64,000 nt of DNA from NCBI RefSeq assembly GCF_964355755.1, contig NC_092678.1, positions 2,062,422 through 2,126,421 of the forward strand. The letters run 5' to 3'. A program made the translations under genes and the position numbers. The DNA is from Antedon mediterranea (taxonomy: Eukaryota; Animalia; Echinodermata). Below the pieces are notes generated by a model. It saw nothing but the letters and a program-made list of their open reading frames with translations. It ran no database searches and was not told where the DNA came from. Below, piece by piece: positions 12,201 to 24,200 of the stretch (its first letter is position 1; every line of letters starts with the position of its first letter).

Positions 12201-15200
12201 GCTCAGATAGTCATTGATGAGATGGCCAAACAACCGCTCAATGTTCGTGTTACTATGACTTGTGCAAAAAGTCTAAAAAGAAACATCAGAATCAAAAGAA
12301 GTAAAAGTCATCCTGGTCAGCCACAATCGCTGGAAGACCTAGTCATTGATGGTGAATGGATGAAAACTGTTGATGACAGAGACTTTCTAATCCATGATGC
12401 TATCATTGGTAATAATGACCGTGTCACAGTTTTTGCAACTTCAGATGGTTTGCGTCACCTATGCAATTCAACAACCTGGTTTATGGATGGAACATTTAAA
12501 ACCAGCCCAAAACTCTATAAGCAATTGTATGTGATTCGCGTTGAGTTAGAAGACAATTCGATAACAACTGTATATGTGCTACTTGCATCAAAATTGCAAG
12601 AACATTACAAACAATTTCTTACTGCCATTGTTGATCAATGTAGACTACTAGGTTATGTACCATCTGTGGAATGGTAGATGGTCTCGCTTTCCTGCCTCCA
12701 GATAAGGTATGTTATCTTTACAATATATTTTATTTATATTTATTTGTTTAATTTCCACCTTCCGTTCACATAGAATTATGCATTTCAAGATGGTGATTTT
12801 TTACTTGTTCTTTATAATTTTACTGCTTTAATAATTGATTTAATAACTTTTTTCTATCTAATTGTTCTACAAGCTATGTTGTCATGTCCCTTTATTTGAT
12901 TTCTTTTATCAATTTAATTTGAACATTTATTCGTACTGTAGCACCATAACTTTAAAACATAAAAATGACTCTTAGGCCTACATGATTTCAAATTAAGAAT
13001 TATCTGGAACATTGATCATTCTACTTTACTCATAAATAATCTTTGTTTTATCTAGGTCAAAGAAGGTATGCAGCACCTACGGGAAAATTCACCTGAAGTA
13101 TAGTATTAGAGGACTTTCTTGACTACTTTGATACAACTTATGTCAACGGAACATATTCGCATCACATGGCACAACCAGGCAAACAACACATATTCAGAAG
13201 GATCCCACCAATGTTTGACATACACCTATGGAACGTTTATCACCTGACATTAAACTGTGAACCGAGGACAAACAACATTTGTGAATCCTGGAATAGAAAG
13301 CATCTTAACAACACTGGTCATACAAACCCATCTATCTGGTCATCAATCAATGCAGTCAAAAGAGATGAAGCATCTTCAGCGACTTTAATTGAACTTGTAA
13401 GGCGAGGACAACCAGTGCCATCTAAACGCATTACCAAATCAACAGTTAAACACCAGGAGCAACTCTATAACATAATTTCTAAGTACAACCGACAGGCCAA
13501 AGCATTATATCAAACTATGACTGCACTAGGTTATGCCATACGATTAAAGTAACTTGCAACCAATGCCACGTCTTGTATTTAATGTACAGTGTTTGCAAAT
13601 ATAAAACAATTATTATCTCTCAAAAATGTTAAACTGATATAATTAAATATAATTTTGTGTACTTTATTTATTTATTCATTCAATTTAATGTAATGTTTTT
13701 AATTAGACAGAATGTTTATAATATCAATACTTATTCATTGTATAAGGACTATGTGATATTTTTTATTTGGAGATTTCAAATTAAATTGAATACATGTTTA
13801 TTAAAAATTGATTCTTATTTTTGTGTCGTTTGTTTACATTTGTCAGTCCTAAGTATTCCAAATTTATATTTAATAAAATGTTGTACATGTAATTCATGCT
13901 ACATTCCTATTCATAACACACAATTAAATACAAGTTGATTACATAGCACCCCCATTTTGAAATGGTATAGTCCATTGTTGGGTGGCTTTTAACAGTGGTG
14001 GCTTTTTACAGGGGTGGCTTTTTTCCTACTTTCTAAAAATAAACTATCGATATCTTTTTTTACAATATTGTCTGAGAAAACATTGACTTGCCAATAAGCA
14101 CCAATGATTGAAATCCAAAACTTAAGTATGCTTGTCCATTGTTTATTGAATGTACTGCAGACATTTAGGGTTTCAATTCAGACAATAATAGCACAGATTT
14201 CATTTTTGCTCTATGGATATTGTTTCAATTTTCAAATTTTTTTTCTCCAGAAAGATTTATTTGATTACCAATCATATGTAATGTAAATGTTTCTGATGTC
14301 ACTTACCACAATGTTTGGTAAGGTATGAATGAACATTTTACCCCATTTATGAATAATGTTAAGCTATAGCCTAATAAGGCAGAAATCATTTTTGTAAAAG
14401 TCACCAAGAGTTTTATTGTACTGTACTACAGTATTACGAAAAAATAAATAATTGGAAGCTATGTAATATTTCTAAAAAATCAAGGTTCGAACTACTTTTA
14501 TATCCAAATAAAGGACAGTACTATTAATAGTCAACGATTTCTATAGTTTATCAATACAAGGAAATGACACTAAAGAACACCATATAAGGTTTTATAATAT
14601 TGAAAGAGCTCTGATGCCTTGAAATGTATAAGGAACTTCTTGGTATAATAATAATATTATACAGACAAAAATATATTACTCAACATGGACTATAAACAAC
14701 TGCATGGAGCTGATGAACATTCAAATATTGAAGGAAACTTCCTGGTGATTTAGGTATGTAAATTCATAGAGCCAACTGAACAGGGAAAACACCACATTTA
14801 TTTAAATATAGAAAAACAAATGAACATAATAAAAGAAATCCTGTTTATAATTATAATGAATACAATCTTTTATAATGATAATAAATTCTATACAGGTATC
14901 ATGTATCCTGTTCCATATTATGCTAGCTATATGCATTTTTGTTTATTTATCATAGTAGTGCACACACATATCACAAACAAATGTCAACAGGATCTTCTTT
15001 TTTATAATTCCTAAAATCCTAGAAAATATTTGAAAACCATGTTTTATAATTTCTATTAAAGTACAAAGAAAACTAAAACAGGATAAAGAATTGTATTGAG
15101 GTAATAAATAGTACTATCAATTATTGCTTTGCAAACAAGAAATAAAATCTGTACTTTAGTACAATCTGGGATTACTATTCCAGGTAGTATTGTTAACATT

Positions 15201-18200
15201 AGGCGCAGGAGCCCCGGATAGCGTTACGAAGTCGTTAACTCTGTCAGCCCATGGTCAGCCCAACTAATGTGTTTTTCCCAAGGACAATGTATCAATAACT
15301 AAACTTTGTCACCACCCATAAGTGTGCTGTTCATTTCCTATTGACCAATGAACACCAATGTAACTGGACCTGAGTTTCTTGCTATTCGACCTTGGGTGCA
15401 AATTATACAATTAATAGTAGAGCAGTTAATGACATGAGCTGTGCATTTTATTACCAAAGCATGAAACTTGGCACAAAGTTTCTATAATGTATATAGATTC
15501 AAAATATCGGGGGGTGCCAAGTGTCCAACGTCCGGTATGGCGGCCATCTTGATTTCAAAATGGCCACCATAAAAACAAAAAATGTTCATATCTTGGCAAC
15601 TATACACATTAGAGACTTAATTCTGGTCTCAAATTGTTCACAAACTATATATTTCTATTTGCTCTAATGAAAATTTTCGTCAAAAAATGACCGGAAATGA
15701 CGTTTCTTTCAGTTTGACCTTTGACCTCGTATTTGTATATCTCTGTAACTACTGGTCATTTTCAATCGATTTTGGTGTCATTTTGTTCAGAATAAATACA
15801 TTTATATTTGTAGTAATGAAACATTTTCACATAAAATGACCGGAAATACAATTTATGACCTTTGACATTTAATTATTGATTTTTAATTATGTGAATATAC
15901 TGTATGTGGTTTTTGGTGGTCTTAAATGCACCTAATTTTGAACTAAACTTTGACCTAATAGGCGTAATTATATTAAATGATTAATGGACTTAAATTGTAT
16001 ATAGTACATAAAATTGGTAAACATTGTGCTTTTGGTGGTACCATTAGTTCAATGATGTTGGCACCTTCTGATTCGCTAAAAGTTTTAATAGTTTGACAGA
16101 GGAAATAACATACATGTTATGGAATACCGTAAAACCTCGAAAAGGTGATAGTATGAGCTTCTTTTCGAGATAGACTGTATTTGAATGTCAAATGAATAGT
16201 ATGATGATCGTGTTTATATCAATATATTATTAATGACCTTACAAAGAACCCTTTATATTTCAACAATCAAGCCTCAGTTATTCTACAATTTATTGTTTTC
16301 CAAGTGGCTGGTAGGCTTATTTTGATTGCATCTTCTTTTTGTAGGCCTATGCTTCCTCGGTAATATGGTCCTACCCCTCCTTCTTTGTCTGTAGATGGTC
16401 TTATACCCCATTCTTTGTCTGTGGATGGTCTTATACCCCCTTCCTTGTCTGTGGATAGTCTTATACCCGCTTCTTTGTCTGTGGATGGTCTTATACCCGC
16501 TTCTTTGTCTGTGGATGGTCTTATACCCCCTTCTTTGTCTGTGGATGGTCTTATACCCGCTTCTTTGTCTGTGGATGGTCTTTACACCCCTTTCTTTGTA
16601 TGTAGATGGTCTTACACCCCTTCTTTGTCTGTGGATGGTCCTACACTCCCTTCTTTGTCTGTGGATAGTCCTACACCCCCTTCTTTGTCTGTGGATAGTC
16701 CTACACCCCCTTCTTTGTCTGTGGATGGTCTTATACCCCCTTCTTTGTCTGTGGATGGTCTTGAACCCCTTTCTTTGTCTGTGGACGGTCTTATACCCCC
16801 TTTTTTGTCTGTTGATGGTATTAAACCCCTTTCTTTGTCTGTTGATGGTATTACACCCCTTTCTATGTGTGTGGATGGTTTTACACACCTTCTTTGTCTG
16901 TGGATGGTCTTACACCTCCTTCTTTCTCTGTGGATGGTCTTATACCCCCTTCTTTGTCTGTGGATGGTCTTATACCCCCTTCTTTGTCTGTAGATGGTCT
17001 TATACCCCCTTCTTTGTCTGTGGATGGTCTTATACCCGCTTCTTTGTCTGTGGATGGTCTTTACACCCCTTTCTTTGTATGTAGATGGTCTTACACCCCT
17101 TCTTTGTCTGTGGATGGTCCTACACTCCCTTCTTTGTCTGTGGATAGTCCTACACCCCCTTCTTTGTCTGTGGATAGTCCTACACCCCCTTCTTTGTCTG
17201 TGGATGGTCTTATACCCCCTTCTTTGTCTGTGGATGGTCTTGAACCCCTTTCTTTGTCTGTGGACGGTCTTATACCCCCTTTTTTGTCTGTTGATGGTAT
17301 TAAACCCCTTTCTTTGTCTGTTGATGGTATTACACCCCTTTCTATGTGTGTGGATGGTTTTACACACCTTCTTTGTCTGTGGATGGTCTTACACCTCCTT
17401 CTTTCTCTGTGGATGGTCTTATACCCCCTTCTTTGTCTGTGGATGGTCTTATACCCCCTTCTTTGTCTGTAGATGGTCTTATAATCCCTTCTTTGTGTGT
17501 GGATGGTCTTACACCCCCTTCTTTGTCTGTGGGTGGTCTTACATCCCCTTCTTTGTCTGTGGATTGTCCGACACCCCCTTCTTTGTCTGTGGATGGTCCT
17601 ACATCACCTTCTTTGTCTGTGGATGGTCTTATACCCCTTCTTTGTCTGTAAGTGGTCCTATACCCTTTCTTTGTCAGTGGGTGGTCTTACACCCCCTTCT
17701 TTGTCTGTGGACGGTCCTACACCCCCTTCTTTATCTGTGGACGGTCTTACACCCCTTTCTTTGTCTGTGGACGGTCTTACACCCCTTCTGTGCCTGTGGA
17801 CGGTCTTATATCCCCTTCCTTGTCTGTTGATGGTATTACACCCCTTTCTTTGTCTGTTGATGGTCTTACACCTCCTTCTTTGTCTGTGGATGGTCCTTAC
17901 ACCCCCTTCTTTGTCTGTAGATGGCCTTATACCCCTTTCTTTGTCTGTGGATAGTCTTACACCCCCTTCTTTGTCTGTGGATGGTCTTACGCCCTTCTTT
18001 GTCTGTGGATAGTCTTATACCCCCTTCTTTGTCTGTGGATGGTCTTATACCCCCCTTCTTTGTCTGTGATGGTCTTATACCCCCTTTTTTGTCTGTGGAT
18101 GGTCTTACATCCCCTTCTTTGTCTGGACCCACTACTTTGATTGATTAAATCAGACATTGTTTCTTGTATGATTAGGAGACCAAGACCTTGAAAGTGAAAG

Positions 18201-21200
18201 TCCACAAGTGGATGCCTAAATAGGTCTTGTACAGAACAGTATATTGTAGGTCCATGTCACTAATTTGAGAATTACTTGAATAATTATATTGAGATGTCTT
18301 TTACGAATTGATTTGGTTCGGATTTTGCTAAAAAACCAATGAGTAGAGAAAATCGAGGAAAAGGATTCAGATGGTTTACAGCAAAGGCCCATTACCATAA
18401 AAATGGAGTACATTTTTTTAGATGCAACGAAAATGAACAAGAATTATCTGAGTTTCTGACTAATGAAAGTAGGTCTACTGCACAAATGCAGGATAAGTTT
18501 GTAGTAAGTACTTTGAAAGACGGTATTCTCTTAACTCATGAAAATGAAAACTTTCCGAACTTGTCTCATATGCAACATCAAAGAGGCCAACGAAAGAATG
18601 CTACTTTACATCAAAAATATTTCCAAATGGCATCTAACAATTCAATTCAACTTTTATTTCAGACAATTGTCCATATGGTATAATACAGTGCAAAAAAAAA
18701 AGATGATGGAGAGAGGACCAAAACTTTTATCTAACGATTGACACATCACAGTTTAGCAAACAAGTCGGCATAGATGAGCTCAGTGATTGCTGTTTCTCAG
18801 TGATCTGTCATACTTTACGCCTATCCTATCACATCAAAAGTCAAAAATTCAGAATAATAATTCCTGGTCATTTTTGCAGTGTCAGTTATTTCGTTAAAAA
18901 AAATTAGGTGCATTTATACCAATGTAAACCACATACAGTATGTTCACATATTATATATGTCAAAGGTTATAAATTGTATTTCCAGTCATTTTATGTGAAA
19001 ATGTTTCATTACTACAAATATAAATGTCTCTATGCTGAACAAAATGACACCAAAATCGATTGAAAATGATCAGTAGTTACTGAGATATACAGATAAGAGG
19101 TCAAAGGTCAAACTGGGAGAAACGTCATTTCCGGTCATTTTTTCACGAAACTTTTCATTAGAGCAAATAGAAATATGTGGTTTGTGAACAATTTAACACC
19201 AGAATCAAGTCTCTACTGTTTATAGTTCCCAAGATATGAACACTTTTTGTTTTTATGGTGGCCATTTTGAAATCAAGATGGCCGCCATACCGGACGTTGG
19301 ACACTTGGCACCCCCCGATATTTTTAATCTATATACATCAAAGAAACTTTGTGGCAAGTTTCATGCTTTGGTAATAAAGTGCACAACTTGGCTATTTTTA
19401 TGGCACTAACTGCTCTACTATAATTGATGTTAAGGCCACTGACTACTCTTTTCTGTATAGAAACACTGAATTGACTGAATAATAAGAAAACCCTACAATA
19501 ATTTCTACTACTACTGTACTTGATATGGTGTTATACAAGAACTATATTAAAAGGATTGAATGTATGGAGAATGAAAAGTTAAACGTTATAACTTATGTAA
19601 AACATCACTTAGATGATATCCATCAGATATATCATTTTCTAAAATTGTTTCATTAGTTAGAATAGATCACGGAAAACCAATACCAATACTGATCTGGACT
19701 CGGAAATTCAAAATGTAGCAGGCAACGTTTCACCAATGAAAACTTTCAAGACAAACAAAGTATCATAATTATCATGATATCCATTTTTATTTAATAACGA
19801 TAAATGGATATTTCGTCTTTTTTGTTATTTTGTGATGGAAAATATATTGAGTGAACATTGGCACTGAGCTTAAATGTTCCCCGTCCCCTTAATGTCCGCT
19901 TTATAGGAGTGTCCCCTCAGTAAAGATTTGCTGTTTTTCCCCTTAATAATAAATTATGATGTCCATCTTATCCTCTCAATTTTAATGTGCTACACCCGAT
20001 AATAGAATACACATCTAGCTCGTGTGTACTTAAAGAACCTAGTACATCTTTCGAGACGAGTAGGGGTTTACCCCGGTGTATTAGTACATCACAGCCACTG
20101 ATCACCAACTGGGCCCTCTGGGAGACCAGTCTTTGACTGAAGAGGTTACCCAGTATAAATATATATTTCAATTCAATTCAATAGAATAACTGTACAGTAG
20201 ACTTCCATTTGATGCAATGTGTTACCCAATGTGCTCAATTTGATTGTGCTACCCAAATCCATGCTATCCATTTGAAATAATTTGCTATCCATTTGAAAGA
20301 ATGTGCTACCCGATAATCCGTATAGAATAATGTACAGTACAATTATATCCATTTGATTGTGCTACCTAATGTGCTATCCATTTGAAAGAATGTGCTATCC
20401 ATTTGAAAGAATGTGCTACCCGATAATCCGTATAAAATAATGTACAGTACTATATCCATTTGATTGTGCTACCTAATGTGCTATCCATTTGAAAGAATGT
20501 GCTACCCGATAATCCTTATAGAATAATGTACAGTACTATATCCATTTGGCTGTGCTACCTAATGTGCTATCCATTTGAAAGAATGTGCTACCCGATAATC
20601 CGTAGGCTATAGAATAATGTACAGTACAATTATATCCATTTGATTGTGCTACCTAATGTGCTATCCATTTGAAATAATGTGCTACCCGATAATCCTTATA
20701 GAATAATGTACAGTACTATATTCATTTGATTGTGCTACCCAATGTGCTATCCATTTGAAATAATGTGCTATCCATTTGAAATAATATGCTATTTGAAAGA
20801 ATGTGCTACCCGCGATAATCCGTATAGAATAATGTACAGTACAATTACATCCATTTGATTGTGCTACCTAATGTGCTATCCATTTGAAATAATGTGCTAT
20901 CCATTTGAAAGAATGTGCTATCCATTTGAAAGAATGTGCTACCCGATAATCCGTATAGAATAATGTACAGTACAGTACTATATCCATTTATTTGATTGTG
21001 CTACCCAATGTGCTATCCATTTGAAAGAATGTGCTATCCATTTGAAAGAATGTGCTACCCGATAATCCGTATGAAATAATGTACAGTACTATATCCATTT
21101 GATTGTGCTACCTAATGTGCTATCCATTTGAAAGAATGTGCTACCCGATAATCCTTATAGAATAATGTACAGTACTATATCCATTTGGCTGTGCTACCTA

Positions 21201-24200
21201 ATGTGCTATCCGTTTGAAAGAATGTGCTACCCGATAATCCGTAGGCTATAGAATAATGTACAGTACAATTATATCCATTTGATTGTGCTACCTAATGTGC
21301 TATCCATTTGAAATAATGTGCTACCCGATAATCCTTATAGAATAATGTACAGTACTATATCCATTTGATTGTGCTACCCAATGTGCTATCCATTTGAAAT
21401 AATGTGCTATCCATTTGAAATAATGTGCTATTTGAAAGAATGTGCTACCCGATAATCCGTATAGAATAATGTACAGTACAATTACACATCCATTTGATTG
21501 TGCTACCTAATGTGCTAACTATTTGAAATAATGTGCTATCCATTTGAAATAATGTGCTATCCATTTGAAAGAATGTGCTATCCATTTGAAATAATTTTCT
21601 ATCCATTTGAAAGAATGTGCTACCCGATAATCTGTATAGAATAATGTACAGTAGGCCTACTATATCCATTTGACTGTGCTACCTAATGTGCTATCCATTT
21701 GAAATAATGTGCTACCCGATAATCCTTATAGAATAATGTACAGTACTATATCTATTTGATTGTGCTACCCAATGTGCTATCCATTTGAAATAATGTGCTA
21801 TCCATTTTGAAATAATGTGCTATCCATTTGAAAGAATGTGCTATCCATTTGAAATAGGCCTAATGTGCTATCCATTTGAAAGAATGTGCTACCCGATAAT
21901 CATAGAATAATGTACAGTACTATATCCATTTGATTGTGCTACCTAATGTGCTATCCATTTGAAAGAATGTGCTATCCATTTGAAAGAATGTGCTATCCAT
22001 TTGAAAGAATGTGCTACCCGATAATCCGTATAGAATGCACAGTACAGTTATATCATAGTTATATCCATTTGATTGAACTATCTATTGTGCTATCCGTTTG
22101 AACTAATGTGCTGTCTGTTTGAAATAATTCAGGTTTTTTTTTTTTTAATATGTTTTGCTATCCATTTTAAACGTGCTAAACAAGTTACATATTTGTTGAT
22201 ATAAATTTGCGGTACACCACGTAGGCCTATATTAGTTCTGAAAAGAACTGTTGAGTTGCTTGACGTTTCGATTTAGGCCTACTCCAAAGTCAAAGTCTCC
22301 AAAAGCTATTCCATCATGTCGTATTCGGGGAATCGCCCACAAGTGTTTTCTCAGAGAAGGGTATGTTCTGTATGGGGTTCTGTATGCTATTTGTTAATAA
22401 TGTACAAAAAATAAAATGAAAAATCATATTAATTATCGGTATGTACGGAGGAAGCTCGAACAAGACGAAGCGCGAAACAAATAAAAGCGCAGCGCGAAAC
22501 ATCTGAAATGATATACAATTTCTCAAAACATGAAAACACAGAATATATTATATTAATATAACTTTTTAATATTTCCAAAGGCTCGGACAAGGAAGAAGGG
22601 CCTTAAAAAACTGAATTGCTATAATGTTAGACCACATTTCCATAACTTTTCAAAACTCATCGAACCCTCTGCTAGTAGGCCTAATTAATATAGGAGCGTA
22701 TCGCCAAATCATTAGAGAAAAAAAAAACATGGCATGAAGATGTAATTAATCAAACAACGGCCAAAGAATACCAACAATTTTAATTTAGGTTTCGATTCGT
22801 AATTACTAATGTGGTGGACTAAGCCTAGTTTGAAACTATAGTGACCATTTATTTTAGAAAGAAAGATAGACAAATTTGTTTCCATCTCCATGTTATTGTT
22901 AATACCAAGGCACTTTTCAATTAAAAATTCTGGCCTAGTATTCTTGCAAGGTCGTCACAGCTCCAGTTACAAAGGTCGTCACAGCTCCAGTTACAAACGG
23001 TGATACAGAGTGTCAATCATTTGACCAGTGAACAGCCCACTGGTAGGATAGTCCTTGAAACCGTCCGTAAAACACATTAATCACTCACATCAGTCATGCC
23101 GCTAATGGTTGAAAACCTCACTTTTTGGGGTTTTCAAACGTAACGCTATCCGGGGCTCCTGCGCCTAATGATTTGGATAAAGGTGGCATGGTCAACCATG
23201 CATGTAATTTTAAGGCATGTAAAAGTTTTTATCTTAGGCATCATGTTATTGGCTTCTTATTGTTGGGTGTGATTAAAATAATTTATAATAAATAAATAAT
23301 CATCAGCACGGTTGAATGTGAATGAATGTGGTGGCTATATCAGCATGGTTAATCATAAGTCAAATTCATTATTTTCTATCATCCACAGTCAACCGTACGT
23401 ACTAATGTCTTGTTTCGAGAGGCTGGTAGAAGATTTTACACTAGATGCATAGTCCATGACCATTAAATTTAATATTAGCTATTACTATTCCAGGTAGTAC
23501 TGTTATAAGTCAGAAACAACACAAAATTAAACATACCAACATTGATTGGGCGTCCTGGAAGTTGAAAGGAGCACGGAACACAGCTGGGATTATGTACTCA
23601 TACAGAAAATTGTGAAAGAACTGTTTAGAAGCAACTCCTTTGCTTCCCCAGACATCATGTAGTCTTTTCAAAATATTAAAACACGTTTTTTGTGCCTTAA
23701 AAGAAAAACATTGATGTAAATAAATGAAGTCTTCTGTTTAAAATGAAGCACAAAACAATTAGTATTTTTTGGAACTTAATTGTCACAACAATCTTTGGGG
23801 ACTCATAACCAGCCACTAATCTATTTTGGAGTTGGACTGTATTTTTCGAGCAATTTTTCAGTTAAATACATTAATATTTTTTTAAGTGTGTTTTTATAGT
23901 TATTAACATATGGCATGCGGTAGAAAAAAAAAATGATAATAATGCTTTCTTTTCATTTGTTTCATTATTATCCAAATAAATGTTAGAAACAAATTACCAC
24001 TGGATCTTGATCTGGGTCAACAGCTCCTTCAACAATCGTCATTAAGATTTGATGAAAATGTTGCTGCTCTGAAAAAATAAATAAATTATATTTTAAATAT
24101 TAAATAATTAATTATTGTTAATAAAATCAGGTTGCATTGTTACAAAATAAATAAATTAGTATAACTGGCATATTAAATCTCAGTCTGTCTGCAGTCTTTT

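Larger units (their letters stand above)
15200..23167. mobile_element. Unclassified non-autonomous TIR element of about 8 kb
   Basis: Perfect inverted repeat of about 30 bp: taggcgcaggagccccggatagcgttacg at 15200 and cgtaacgctatccggggctcctgcgccta ending at 23167, in palindromic cat..atg flanks. No transposase seen inside. Confidence 0.8.

Noticed and set aside
16283-18205. Long Arg-rich (protamine-like), Leu/Cys-rich and Ser/Pro-rich ORFs
   Set aside because: Artefacts of a 30-bp minisatellite that is open in several frames on both strands and broken by 1-bp indels.
18216-18741. Short ORFs inside the Academ-type element as transposase remnants
   Set aside because: No recognisable motifs, so they cannot be supported without a homology search.
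20200-22125. CRISPR-like repeat-spacer appearance
   Set aside because: The spacers are themselves repeated, there are no cas genes, and the context is a eukaryotic intron.
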